Notes under the pieces: model-generated
Told to the model about the DNA's origin: nothing
The model's database searches: none
The model's input: only the letters and a program-made list of their open reading frames with translations
Shown: piece after piece, positions 9,522 to 19,637 of the stretch
Layout of the letters: each line of letters begins with the position of its first letter
How positions within the stretch are numbered: position 1 is the first letter of the stretch
Position numbers and translations under genes: made by a program
Assembly (NCBI GenBank): GCA_017447725.1
Contig: JAFSMX010000007.1
Coordinates: 1-50,417 of the forward strand
Source of the DNA: Bacilli bacterium
GTDB lineage: Bacteria; Bacillota_I; Bacilli_A; RFN20; CAG-826
Reading direction: 5' to 3'
Length of the DNA stretch: 50,417 bases

Positions 9522-12355
9522 TTTTGTCCTCCTAAAATCTGTGCGAGATATTGACCAGTGTATGATTTTTTGACCTTAGCAACTTCTTCAGGTGTGCCTT
9601 CGGCAACAATTGTTCCGCCTTTGTCTCCACCTTCTGGGCCAAGATCAATAATATGGTCTGCCACTTTTATGACATCAAGATTATGCTCAATGATGACAAC
9701 CGTATCACCATGATCAACAATACGATTTAAAATCTTAATCAAACGAGAAACGTCGTCACTATGTAAACCAGTAGTTGGTTCATCAAGAATAAAGATTGAT
9801 TTACCAGTTGGACGTTTTTGTAATTCGTAGGCTAATTTAACACGTTGAGCTTCACCACCAGAAAGTGTTGTTGCTTGTTGACCTAGTTTAATATAACCCA
9901 AACCAACATGACTAAGAGTTTGGAGTTTTCTCATAATTGAAGGACGATTCTCAAAGAACTTACAAGCATCTTCGATTGTCATCTCTAAAATTTCATAAAT
10001 GTTTTTACCTTTATAGGTAACTTCAAGAGTTTCTTCGTTATAACGTTTTCCGCCACAATCATCACATTTAACATAAACATCTGGAAGGAAGTTCATTGGA
10101 ATTCGTGTGACACCAGCGCCTTGGCATGTTTCACATCTTCCACCAGGAACGTTAAACGAGAAACGTCCTTTATCAAAACCACGTGAACGAGCTTCAACGG
10201 TTTCAGCAAATAAAGCACGAATATCATCAAAGACTCCAACATAAGTTGCTGGGTTAGAACGAGGTGTTCTACCGATTGGCTCTTGTGTAATATTCACGAC
10301 TTTGTCGACATACTGTAATCCATCAAAACTTGTGTGTTTACCAATTTTGACATCTTCATTTTTATTAATTGCTCGAGCAAGAATTGGGTAGAGAGTTTGA
10401 TTAATCAAAGATGATTTACCAGAACCACTAACGCCCGTGATAGCAACAAACTTTCCTAAAGGAATCTTCACATCAATCTTTTTAAGGTTGTTACATGAGG
10501 CGCCTTTAATAGTGAAATAGTTACCGTTACCTGGTCGACGTGAGGAAGGAACTTCAATCTTCTTTTTACCAGATAGATATTGTCCAGTAATTGAACGTGG
10601 TTCTTTTTCTAAATCTTCTACACTACCCGCTGCAACAACTTCACCACCATGAACACCTGGGCCTGGACCGATATCAACAAGAAAATCAGCGGCTCGCATA
10701 GTGTCTTCATCGTGTTCAACAACGATTAATGTATTACCAAGATTAACCATGTCCTTCATGGTCGCAATAAGTTTGGCATTATCTCTTTGATGTAGTCCAA
10801 TCGAAGGTTCATCAAGGACGTATAAAATACCAGAAAGTTTTGATCCGATTTGGGTAGCTAAACGAATACGTTGAGCCTCGCCGCCAGAAAGTGTCATCGC
10901 CATACGACTAAGTGTTAAATAGTTCAGACCAACGTTACATAAAAATGTTGCACGAGAATCAATTTCTTTGATAATTAATCGAGCAATTTCTAATTCAGTT
11001 GGATTCAAAACATCCAGCAATTCGTGGATATATTCAACTAATTTCTCAATTGAAAGGCATGTCACTTCATAAATATTTAAACCGTTAACTTTGACACTTA
11101 ATGCCTCTTTAGATAGACGTGCTCCATGACATGTTGGACATTCACTATCACGCATATAATACTCGTACCATTCACGCATCATTTCTGATCCGGTGTCGTT
11201 ATAAAGACGAGTAATCCGTTTTTGGATACCTTCAATAAATCCTTGTCGGTGCATGACGTTTCCATTAACGGAAGTAATTTCATATTTGAATTCTTTATCT
11301 GAACCATTAAAGATGATTTCTTTTTCTCGTTCAGTAAAGTCTTTGATCGGTTTATCTAAATCAATCTTATATTGCTTACATAAGTAAGCAAATTCTTGCC
11401 ATTCAATATTTTTAGAACCAATCATATTTCTAAACCAGCGGATTCCCCCTTGGTTAATAGAAAGTGATTCATCTGGAACCAAAACTTCTCTAGATGCTTC
11501 ACGTCTCATTCCTAAGCCTTTACAGTCTGGGCAACAGCCAAGTGGAGCATTAAAGGAGAATAATCGTGGTTCTAATTTTGGAACTGAAAAACCACATTCC
11601 GGGCAAGAATGATGTTGGGAAAATAGACGTTCTTCTTTTTCGGTAAGGAAGACACAATATCCTTTTGACCAATCGCAGGCAAGTTCGCATGCTTCAGCAA
11701 TTCGACCGCGAATTTCCGGTTTAATTACAATTCGGTCAACAACAATTTCAATATCGTGACGTTTATTTTTTTCTAGTTCTGGAGCTTCATCAATGCGATA
11801 AATTTCCTTATCAATTCGAACACGTTCAAAACCATTTTGTTTGAGTTTTGCTAGTAAATCTTTATGTGTTCCTTTTTCATTATGAGCAACTGGAGAAAGA
11901 ATTTGTAACTTTGTTCCAACCTCCATTTGCATCGCAATATCAGCCATCTTTGAAACAGAGAAGGAAATAATTGGTTTATTATGTGTTGGGCAATAAGGCA
12001 CGCCTACGCGCGCAAATAAAAGACGGAGATAATCATAAATCTCTGTCACAGTCCCAACCGTTGAACGAGGATTATGTGATGTTGTCTTTTGATCAATGGA
12101 AATAGCTGGGCTTAAACCAGTGATTGAATCAACATCTGGTTTTTCCATTCCACCCAGGAATTGCCGGGCATAACTAGATAAAGATTCAACAAATCGACGT
12201 TGTCCTTCGTTAAAAATTGTATCGAAAGCAAGTGTTGTTTTTCCACTTCCAGAAAGACCAGTGAAAACAACTAGAGCATTCTTCGGTATCTCTAGGTCAA
12301 TGTTTTTGAGGTTGTTTTCACGAGCCCCTTTGATAAAGATTGTTTTCGGTTCCAT
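9518..12355 (-). CDS. uvrA: Excinuclease ABC subunit A
   Basis: GARENNLKN, two Walker A motifs ([16 protein letters not shown]), LSGGEAQR twice, and zinc-finger CxxC pairs. Confidence 0.98.
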   Translation of the reverse strand: MEPKTIFIKGARENNLKNIDLEIPKNALVVFTGLSGSGKTTLAFDTIFNEGQRRFVESLSSYARQFLGGMEKPDVDSITGLSPAISIDQKTTSHNPRSTVGTVTEIYDYLRLLFARVGVPYCPTHNKPIISFSVSKMADIAMQMEVGTKLQILSPVAHNEKGTHKDLLAKLKQNGFERVRIDKEIYRIDEAPELEKNKRHDIEIVVDRIVIKPEIRGRIAEACELACDWSKGYCVFLTEKEERLFSQHHSCPECGFSVPKLEPRLFSFNAPLGCCPDCKGLGMRREASREVLVPDESLSINQGGIRWFRNMIGSKNIEWQEFAYLCKQYKIDLDKPIKDFTEREKEIIFNGSDKEFKYEITSVNGNVMHRQGFIEGIQKRITRLYNDTGSEMMREWYEYYMRDSECPTCHGARLSKEALSVKVNGLNIYEVTCLSIEKLVEYIHELLDVLNPTELEIARLIIKEIDSRATFLCNVGLNYLTLSRMAMTLSGGEAQRIRLATQIGSKLSGILYVLDEPSIGLHQRDNAKLIATMKDMVNLGNTLIVVEHDEDTMRAADFLVDIGPGPGVHGGEVVAAGSVEDLEKEPRSITGQYLSGKKKIEVPSSRRPGNGNYFTIKGASCNNLKKIDVKIPLGKFVAITGVSGSGKSSLINQTLYPILARAINKNEDVKIGKHTSFDGLQYVDKVVNITQEPIGRTPRSNPATYVGVFDDIRALFAETVEARSRGFDKGRFSFNVPGGRCETCQGAGVTRIPMNFLPDVYVKCDDCGGKRYNEETLEVTYKGKNIYEILEMTIEDACKFFENRPSIMRKLQTLSHVGLGYIKLGQQATTLSGGEAQRVKLAYELQKRPTGKSIFILDEPTTGLHSDDVSRLIKILNRIVDHGDTVVIIEHNLDVIKVADHIIDLGPEGGDKGGTIVAEGTPEEVAKVKKSYTGQYLAQILGGQK

Positions 12356-13528
12356 TTATTTTTTGTGTCTTTCCTGATAATTCTTAATTACGTCATCATA
12401 GCGTTTAGCCGCTTCATAAATGACTTCTTCCCATGTGTGTGGCATTTCTTTAGATGCACGTAGGCCAACTTGTTTTCTTTCTTCATCATGATCAAGGATG
12501 TAAACAAGTTTTTCTTTCATTGCTTCTGGAGTTTCTTTGGCAAGGTAGCCAGTCACACAATCGGTGTATCCTTCGGATGTATTCGATCCTTCGGTAAATA
12601 ATGTTGGGACACGGCAGACGCAAGCTTCTTGCACCGCAATCGAACTATTGTCATAAACGGATGGGAAGAACATTAAATCAGTATTCGCGAAGAATCCTTG
12701 CATCATGTCTCCGCCATAGAGTCTTCCAACAAAAGTAATGACGTTATCTAATCCAAGTTTATGAACATATTTTTTAAGTTTCTTTTCGTCGTTACCTTCC
12801 CCAACAAAGTAAAAATGGAAGTCATCTCTTTCTTTAGAAAGAAGGTTAATTGTATCAATAATTAATTTTAAGTTCTTGACTAAACGGATTTGACCAACAA
12901 AAGCGATATTTGTTTTATTTGTATCAATGTTATATTGAACGCGAACCTTTTCTTTTAATTCATCCATGTTATCTGGATAAGTAAAAGCAGTTCCGTTACG
13001 AGCAACAAAGATTTCCTTTTTATAACCATAGCTACGTAATGTATTCGCTGTAGCATTGGAAACGGCCCATACTTCATCACATTTATTAAAGAATTTCATG
13101 ACATATCTCATTAAGAAGAACGTGATTAAACGTGAATGTGTTTGTTCTAAGAAATCTCGTTTAAATTGGGAATGGAAGGTTGCCACAATTGGAACATGAT
13201 TCTTTTTCGCTTGCCTTAACGCATAGTGACCAACAAAAAATGGGGAGTGTGCGTGATAAATATCCGCTTTATGTTCTTTTAAGAATTTGTCAGTCTCTTT
13301 ACAACGTTTCGGTAAAGGAAAGATAAAATCATGGAATTTGAATAAATGACTTGATTTACGTAATAGACGATATTCGTGTTTTCCTTGATAGTTATCACGA
13401 TAATCTGGAACGACTACTGTACAATCATTGTCTTTAGACAAAATCTTTCCATAGTTATTTACAACTTTGACAACTCCATCCACATTTGGATAAAAATTGT
13501 CCATAAAATAAACAAGTTTCTTACCCAT
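12356..13528 (-). CDS. GT4 glycosyltransferase (diacylglycerol glycosyltransferase-like)
   Basis: [24 protein letters not shown] and [15 protein letters not shown], typical of GT-B/GT4 glycolipid synthases. Confidence 0.85.
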   Translation of the reverse strand: MGKKLVYFMDNFYPNVDGVVKVVNNYGKILSKDNDCTVVVPDYRDNYQGKHEYRLLRKSSHLFKFHDFIFPLPKRCKETDKFLKEHKADIYHAHSPFFVGHYALRQAKKNHVPIVATFHSQFKRDFLEQTHSRLITFFLMRYVMKFFNKCDEVWAVSNATANTLRSYGYKKEIFVARNGTAFTYPDNMDELKEKVRVQYNIDTNKTNIAFVGQIRLVKNLKLIIDTINLLSKERDDFHFYFVGEGNDEKKLKKYVHKLGLDNVITFVGRLYGGDMMQGFFANTDLMFFPSVYDNSSIAVQEACVCRVPTLFTEGSNTSEGYTDCVTGYLAKETPEAMKEKLVYILDHDEERKQVGLRASKEMPHTWEEVIYEAAKRYDDVIKNYQERHKK

Positions 13529-14684
13529 TATTTTTCTCCAAATTCTTCTCTTTTTTACGCTCTCTTGATGAAATAACTGCTTTCTTAATCACATCGCGAA
13601 TTGTTAAAACAATTCCAGTAATAATGAAGATGTAATAAGTAAACAGTCTCCAGATTAAAACTCCATAGACCGCGACACCTGGAGCGACCGCGTTAAACGC
13701 TAAGGAGGAGGATATTTCCATTCCACCAGCGTTTCCTGGAGTTGGAATAAATGAAACGGCAAATGTTGAGAAAGCATTTAAACCAGCCACATCAATCAGT
13801 TGTGACCAATCAAGGCTTGTTGTTAATGATTTCATCACAAAGAATGGCAAGGCAAAAGTTAAGAAATATTCAACAATCGAAATGAGAATAAGGAAGATAA
13901 AATGCCATGGCTTCTTTGCAATGGTTCTAAAACACATTCTAAAATCAAAAACTGTTTTATAAGCTTTCTTTAGTGCTTTGTATGGATCCTTCACAATGTG
14001 AAGTCTCATACCAACTTTGACAATAAACTTTGTTAAGGCATTAGCAAAACGTGGAGCGATAACAAAAATTAACACTGATACAGGAAGTAATAAGTTAATC
14101 GTAATACCGACAATACCAGCAATAAGTAGGAAGATTCTAGAACCATTATCACCGATTTGACTTAAGGCGTGGATTCCTAGGCCCATTAAAGTTACACCAA
14201 CTAGAAGCCAACATACAATGTTGACGGAATAGCGAATCAAAATAATTGCTGAAGCGTGCGCTCCATCATAATCATGTTTATGTAGATAATGGATTTGCAT
14301 TGGCTGTCCACCGGTTGAAAACGGTGTAATGTAGTCATAATATTTTCCAAGAAGTGTGGTTTTCATTAAAATTCCTGGTCGAACATTACCCGAAACAGCA
14401 TGAGAAACAATCGCATATTCCACCACAATTAAAGATGGAATTAAAACCGCAATTCCGACAGAGATAAGTAGGTATGTAATATTAATCTCTTTAAAAAGAG
14501 TTGCTAAATCTTCGGCTTTTGCACCTGGTATAAGATCGGTAATTCTAAACATTAAATAAATACCAAGACCAATAATCAAAAGAAGGAAGATCATTCCTAA
14601 CCAACCAAACTTACGCTTTTTTGGTTCTTTAATTTCAGGCTGTTGTTCCTGATATTCTTTTTCGTATTCCTTAATGTCTTTCAT
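13521..14684 (-). CDS. Lysylphosphatidylglycerol-synthase TM region / flippase-like membrane protein
   Basis: ITPFSTGGQP, FIPTPGNAGGME and LIWRLFTYY motifs in a multi-TM protein. Start moved to the ATG at 14684. Confidence 0.85.
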   Translation of the reverse strand: MKDIKEYEKEYQEQQPEIKEPKKRKFGWLGMIFLLLIIGLGIYLMFRITDLIPGAKAEDLATLFKEINITYLLISVGIAVLIPSLIVVEYAIVSHAVSGNVRPGILMKTTLLGKYYDYITPFSTGGQPMQIHYLHKHDYDGAHASAIILIRYSVNIVCWLLVGVTLMGLGIHALSQIGDNGSRIFLLIAGIVGITINLLLPVSVLIFVIAPRFANALTKFIVKVGMRLHIVKDPYKALKKAYKTVFDFRMCFRTIAKKPWHFIFLILISIVEYFLTFALPFFVMKSLTTSLDWSQLIDVAGLNAFSTFAVSFIPTPGNAGGMEISSSLAFNAVAPGVAVYGVLIWRLFTYYIFIITGIVLTIRDVIKKAVISSRERKKEKNLEKNNG

Positions 14685-14703
14685 GTGCGTGTATATTATA
14701 CAC

Positions 14704-14738
14704 AAAAAAATAGCTACAACGAAGTGTAACTATTTTTT
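14704..14738 (-). terminator. Intrinsic (bidirectional-looking) terminator after PFOR
   Basis: AAAAAATAGCTACA-ACGAAG-TGTAACTATTTTTT, a hairpin flanked by A and T tracts. Confidence 0.8.
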
Positions 14739-14754
14739 GAGTTTAATTTATCAA

Positions 14755-17700
14755 TTATAAACCGAATTTTTTGATACGTTCCCAACGTTCCTTAGCACAA
14801 CGTTCACTCTTTTGTAAGAGTTCTTCAGCGTGGGCTGGGTTAACCTTTGGAAGTTGTGAGAATCGTGTTTCTCCCATGACGAAGTCACGGAACTTGGAGA
14901 AGTCAGGTTCTTTACAATCAAGTTGTAAAGCTGGTTTTCCTTGAGCAGCGAGACGTGGGTCATAGCGGAAGGTGGTGAAGTAACCACATTCAACAGCGGC
15001 TTTTTCAACCTTCATGGAGTTAGATAAGCCACCCTTAATACCGTGGTTAGCACATGGTGCATAGCAGATAATGATGGATGGACCTGGATAAGATTCCGCT
15101 TCTTTCATGGCTTGAATGGCTTTCATTGGGTTAGCACCTAATGAGATTTGGGCTACATAGCAGTGTCCATAGCTCATCGCAATTAGAGCAAGGTTCTTCT
15201 TTTCGCCTGTCTTACCGCTAGCGGTAAATTTAGCGATTGATCCAGTTTGAGATGACTTCGAAGATTGACCACCAGTGTTGGAGTAAACTTCGGTATCAAG
15301 AACCATAATGTTCACATCTTGGTCGTTAGCTAAGACGTGGTCAACACCACCGTAGCCGATGTCGTAGGACCAGCCGTCACCACCGATAATCCAAACTGAT
15401 TTATCAAGTAAGTCGCGTTCATAGGTAAGAACGGATTTAACTTCTTCATCTTTACTTGCTTTCACAAGTTTAACGAGTTCTGGAATGATTTTACGAGCAA
15501 CATCTTTGTTCTTAATATTTTCTAAATATTGTTTGATGACTGCTTTAAGTTCTTCTTCGACACTTTCACGAGCTAATGCTGGTTCTAAGATATCGATGAT
15601 TTGACTTAAGCGGTAGTCAACTGTTGTACGCATACCATAACCAAATTCGGCGTTATCTTCGAATAAGGAGTTGGCCCAGGCAATACCTTGACCATTCTTA
15701 TCGGTGCAGAACGGGGTTAATGGAGTTGATCCAGAGTAGATGGATGAACAGCCTGTTGCGTTAGCAATAAGCATATCTTTACCAAAGAGTTGGGAAGCTA
15801 AACGGTAGTATGGAGTTTCTCCACAGCCAGCACAGGCACCAGAGATTTCCATGTATGGCATGAGGTAGCCAACACCGTTAACGGTGTTTGTTGGGACAAG
15901 ACCAGCTTTGTATTCAGTGTGTTTGAATAAATAAGTTGCGCCTTCTTCTTGAGCAAATTGTTCTTTGGCTTCGCTCATGACAAGGGCTTTCTTGCCCATC
16001 TTGTTAGCGGTACATTCAGCAACACATAGACCACAACCGACACAGTTCTTTGGAGAAACTTGGAGACGGTATTTTAATCCTTTGCCTTTTAATGTTGGGA
16101 AGGTTGGCTCAGCGACATCGTTTTTAACGATTTCTGGAGCGTTCTTAAGTTCTTCTTCATTAATAAGGAATGGACGTAATGTAGCGTGTGGGCAGACAAA
16201 TGCACATTGGTTACATTGGATACAATCCGCTTTGTTCCATACTGGAACACGGTCAGCAATTGAACGTTGTTCCTTGTATGTAATGTCGTTTTTCATTGTG
16301 CCATCAAGAAGTTCGTATTCAGTGAACTTGGAGACTGGGAGAGTGTCACCATCAAGAGTGCCCATGACGTTAACATAGGTATCAAAGTATTCATCACCAG
16401 TTGTGGCACGGACACGGGAGTCATCAAGTTCAGCCCATTTTGGATCGACTTTAACTTCACGAAGTCCTTCAGTACCAGCATCAATGGCCTTCCAGTTGAG
16501 TTCAACAACTTCTTGGCCTTTCTTGGCGTAGGATTTTTCAGCAAATTTCTTCATCCATTTGTTGGCTTCTTCGTAAGGCATAATGTCTTGGTTAAGGTAG
16601 AAGAAGCTCGCTTGGAGAATAGTGTTTGTGTGACGTCCCATTCCAATTTCGGAAGCAATCTTGTTCGCGTCAATAACATAGAATTTAGCTTTCTTGGCCG
16701 CGAGTTGATGTTTCATGCGGTTTGGAAGAGATTTCACGAGTTGTTCATCGCTCATGTCAGTATTTAAGAGGAATGTTCCACCTTCTTTTAAATTCTTGAT
16801 CATGTCGAATTTGAACACATATGTATCAAGTGAGCAGGAAATAAAATCAGCATTTTCTACATAATATGTAGAATGAATTGGGAATTTACCAAAACGTAAG
16901 TGGGAACGAGTAACACCACCAGCTTTACGAGAGTCGTAAGCAAAGTAGGCTTGTGCGTATTGGTGTGTCGCATCACCAATAATCTTAATGGAAGATTTAT
17001 TGGCAGAGACTGTTCCATCAGATCCAAGACCATAGAAGAGACAGGATGTGTAATTGGCTTTCACATGGAATTTCTCATCAACTGGGATGGATAAGTGTGT
17101 GACGTCATCGTTAATACCAACGGTAAATCCGTGGAATGTTTTTCCTTTGAGGAAATCATAGACCGCTTTAACATGTTTTGGTTGAACGTCTTTGGAGGAT
17201 AAACCATAACGACCACCAACAACTTCAATGTCACGGCCTTCTTGCTTTAAGGCAGCCACAACATCAAGGTAGAGTGGTTCGCCAGTAGCACCCATTTCTT
17301 TTGTTCTGTCTAAGACAGCAATCTTTTTGGCGCTAGAAGGAATAACGCTAACTAAGTGTTTAGCAGAGAATGGACGGTATAAGTGAACTTTCACAACACC
17401 GACTTTCTCGCCTTCTTTTGCTAATTCATCGATAACTTCAATGGCTGTTTCGGTAACAGAACCCATGGCAACGATGACTCTTTCAGCGTTTGGATCACCA
17501 TAATAGGTAAATGGTGCATAGTGACGTCCGGTAAGTCTTTCAGCTTCTTTGAAGTACTTTTCAGCAATCTCTACAACTCTGTTGTAGTGAGCGTTTTGTG
17601 CTTCACGGCCTTGGAAGTAGACGTCATCGTTTTCGGCACCACCACGAGTCACTGGATGAGTGTGTGGATTAAGTGCACGAGCACGGAATTCTTCCACTTT

Positions 17701-18300
17701 ATCCATTGGAAGAAGTTTCTTGTATTCAGCTTCATCAACGAATTCAACGTTTTGAATTTCGTGGGAAGTTCTAAATCCATCAAAGAAATGCATCACTGGT
17801 GCACTGGATTCAATGGCAATTAAGTGAGCCATTGGTGCTAAGTCAGCGATTTCTTGGACAGAATGTGAACAAATCATTGTGATACCAGTTTGACGGCAAG
17901 CATAGATGTCTTGGTGATCGCCAAAGATGGATAATGATCTAGTTGCTAAGCTACGAGCTGAAACGTGAAGAACAGCTGGAAGCAATTCACCACACCACTT
18001 GTAGATATTTGGAATCATAAGTAACAAACCTTGTGATGCGGTATAAGTTGTGGCTAATGCACCAGCTTGGAGAGCACCGTGGACAGTTCCAGATGCACCA
18101 GCCTCGGATTGCATTTCAACAACTTTGACTGGAGTGTTGAAGAAATTCTTCTTACCTTGAGAAGCATAAACATCAACAAGTTCAGCCATTGGGGAACTAG
18201 GGGTAATTGGATAGATACCAGCAACTTCTGTAAAGTAATAAGAGCCAATTGCAGCTGCGGTATTACCATCTACCGATAGAAACGATTTTTTAATTTCCAT
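14755..18300 (-). CDS. nifJ: Pyruvate:ferredoxin (flavodoxin) oxidoreductase
   Basis: YPITPSS, EMQSEAGA, GLGSDGTV, two CxxCxxC ferredoxin motifs, GACAGCGE and the GGDGW TPP motif. Start set to the ATG at 18300, which has SD AAGGAG. Confidence 0.97.
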   Translation of the reverse strand: MEIKKSFLSVDGNTAAAIGSYYFTEVAGIYPITPSSPMAELVDVYASQGKKNFFNTPVKVVEMQSEAGASGTVHGALQAGALATTYTASQGLLLMIPNIYKWCGELLPAVLHVSARSLATRSLSIFGDHQDIYACRQTGITMICSHSVQEIADLAPMAHLIAIESSAPVMHFFDGFRTSHEIQNVEFVDEAEYKKLLPMDKVEEFRARALNPHTHPVTRGGAENDDVYFQGREAQNAHYNRVVEIAEKYFKEAERLTGRHYAPFTYYGDPNAERVIVAMGSVTETAIEVIDELAKEGEKVGVVKVHLYRPFSAKHLVSVIPSSAKKIAVLDRTKEMGATGEPLYLDVVAALKQEGRDIEVVGGRYGLSSKDVQPKHVKAVYDFLKGKTFHGFTVGINDDVTHLSIPVDEKFHVKANYTSCLFYGLGSDGTVSANKSSIKIIGDATHQYAQAYFAYDSRKAGGVTRSHLRFGKFPIHSTYYVENADFISCSLDTYVFKFDMIKNLKEGGTFLLNTDMSDEQLVKSLPNRMKHQLAAKKAKFYVIDANKIASEIGMGRHTNTILQASFFYLNQDIMPYEEANKWMKKFAEKSYAKKGQEVVELNWKAIDAGTEGLREVKVDPKWAELDDSRVRATTGDEYFDTYVNVMGTLDGDTLPVSKFTEYELLDGTMKNDITYKEQRSIADRVPVWNKADCIQCNQCAFVCPHATLRPFLINEEELKNAPEIVKNDVAEPTFPTLKGKGLKYRLQVSPKNCVGCGLCVAECTANKMGKKALVMSEAKEQFAQEEGATYLFKHTEYKAGLVPTNTVNGVGYLMPYMEISGACAGCGETPYYRLASQLFGKDMLIANATGCSSIYSGSTPLTPFCTDKNGQGIAWANSLFEDNAEFGYGMRTTVDYRLSQIIDILEPALARESVEEELKAVIKQYLENIKNKDVARKIIPELVKLVKASKDEEVKSVLTYERDLLDKSVWIIGGDGWSYDIGYGGVDHVLANDQDVNIMVLDTEVYSNTGGQSSKSSQTGSIAKFTASGKTGEKKNLALIAMSYGHCYVAQISLGANPMKAIQAMKEAESYPGPSIIICYAPCANHGIKGGLSNSMKVEKAAVECGYFTTFRYDPRLAAQGKPALQLDCKEPDFSKFRDFVMGETRFSQLPKVNPAHAEELLQKSERCAKERWERIKKFGL

Positions 18301-18328
18301 TTCGAAAACTCCTTTTGTATGCGTGTCT

Positions 18329-18357
18329 ATTATACACGTTGCGCACGTGGGAATAAT
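18329..18357 (-). promoter_or_regulatory. nifJ promoter with a dyad in the spacer
   Basis: TATAAT at 18334-18329 and a CACGT-N5-ACGTG inverted repeat at 18335-18349. The -35 is poor. Confidence 0.5.
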
Positions 18358-18382
18358 AAAAAAATCGGATGAAACCGATTTC
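18355..18382 (-). terminator. Intrinsic terminator
   Basis: The minus strand reads GAAATCGG-TTTCAT-CCGATTTTTTTATT. Confidence 0.75.
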
Positions 18383-18400
18383 ATTGATTATTCGCGTGCG

Positions 18401-18832
18401 CTATTTTCTTTTCTTTTTCTTATTAGGTTTATCGTTTTTCAGAGCTTCTAATTCTTGATTAACAAGGTGTCTAAGAACCTTTAAATCCTTCTCATCAAGA
18501 GGAATATTTCGGTCGACTAAACCACCGATTGTCATCTTGTTATAAACGAAATCCGCCACCGATTTATATTGGTCAATATCGGCTTTTTTCACCGCAATTC
18601 TTGGTTCTTTTTTCTCTTTCGATTGTTCTTCAATATATTTTTCAAGTGCAGGAACAAGCTCGCGAAGATTGTAAGTTGGATCCATAGCTAGCATTGGCTC
18701 AAACTCACTTAATTCAGAAGCAATAATTTCTGGATAAATACCCATGTGTAAAGAAAGAGCTTCACATGTTAGGTGTTTTCTTTTACTTCCATGAATTGCT
18801 GATAGATATTTCTTCGCCGTTGTCTTGTTCAT
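18401..18832 (-). CDS. Hypothetical protein with a Rex-like N-terminal winged-helix
   Basis: YL...LTCEALSLHMGIYPEIIASELSEF resembles the Rex DNA-binding N-terminus. No Rossmann domain. Start set to the ATG at 18832 (TTGTTT-17-TATAAT-6-ATG). Confidence 0.6.
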   Translation of the reverse strand: MNKTTAKKYLSAIHGSKRKHLTCEALSLHMGIYPEIIASELSEFEPMLAMDPTYNLRELVPALEKYIEEQSKEKKEPRIAVKKADIDQYKSVADFVYNKMTIGGLVDRNIPLDEKDLKVLRHLVNQELEALKNDKPNKKKKRK

Positions 18833-18870
18833 GCTGTTATTATAAACCTTTTTATATAAATAAACAAAAC

Positions 18871-19383
18871 TCAATACTTATAATGGAACGAATCTTTGAC
18901 ATTTGGCGATTCAAACCACCCATTAATTTCAATAACTTCATCAAATTTATTCTTGGTTTCTTCGGATGGATCTTCCCATCTTTCCCACATGGATTTTATC
19001 GCATTCTCAGGAACAAATTTAGCTTCATTTCGAACATGATTTTGTTCAAGAATTTTTTCTAATTTTTTCTTTAAAACGACAAGCACTGAACGATCAAAAT
19101 TTGGGCACTTTTCTAAGGCAAATAGCCGTAAATTGTCGGTAATATTGGTCGAATCAGCGATTACTGTGACTTCATCATATTTCAACAAATATTCGTTAAT
19201 TCGATCATAGAAAATTTGCCACACTTCTTCTTCATGAGTAAGGTCTTGATATTGACCAGTTAATTCTTTTCTAATCCCGTCAGAGGAAACGATTTTGACA
19301 TGTTTATGTGTCAAACGGTATTGCTCTGACCAAGTTGACTTTCCACTTCCTGGTAGGGCTGATAAAACTATCAGTGTTCTCAT
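18871..19383 (-). CDS. AAA_33 family P-loop kinase (polynucleotide-kinase-like)
   Basis: LIVLSALPGSGKSTW, SSDGIRKEL and VIADSTN motifs, as in Pnk kinase domains. Confidence 0.85.
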   Translation of the reverse strand: MRTLIVLSALPGSGKSTWSEQYRLTHKHVKIVSSDGIRKELTGQYQDLTHEEEVWQIFYDRINEYLLKYDEVTVIADSTNITDNLRLFALEKCPNFDRSVLVVLKKKLEKILEQNHVRNEAKFVPENAIKSMWERWEDPSEETKNKFDEVIEINGWFESPNVKDSFHYKY

Positions 19384-19418
19384 GCTTTTTATTGTACCTT
19401 AATCAGTGGGTTAGTTAA

Positions 19419-19444
19419 AGAAAAAACCACTCTAATGAGTGGTT
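19419..19444 (-). terminator. Terminator of tRNA-Lys
   Basis: AACCACTC-TAAT-GAGTGGTT hairpin with a T tract on the minus strand. Confidence 0.8.
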
Positions 19445-19453
19445 AATGTATTT

Positions 19454-19529
19454 TGGTGCGCCATGTAGGATTCGAACTCACGACCCACTGATTAAGAGTC
19501 AGTTGCTCTACCAGCTGAGCTAATGGCGC
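19454..19529 (-). tRNA. tRNA-Lys (anticodon CTT)
   Basis: 76 nt. Acceptor stem GCGCCAT/ATGGCGC + ACCA, D arm GCTC/GAGC, anticodon arm CTGAC-TCTTAA-TCAG with CTT, and a TTCGAAT loop. Confidence 0.96.
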
Positions 19530-19587
19530 GTTGTGCTTAACTAATATATTATAAGTTAAGTTAAATTACAACAAAAATACACCATAA

Positions 19588-19624
19588 GAAAAGAAAAAGG
19601 AACCCACCGAAATGAGTTCCCTTT
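19588..19624 (-). terminator. Terminator of the ABC operon
   Basis: The minus strand reads GGGAACTCAT-TTCG-GTGGGTTCCTTTTTCTTTT. Confidence 0.85.
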
Positions 19625-19637
19625 AATTAAATTTTTC

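Noticed and set aside
18300-18400. Canonical Rex operator upstream of nifJ
   Set aside because: There is no TTGTGAA-N4-TTCACAA match. Only a different dyad is present.
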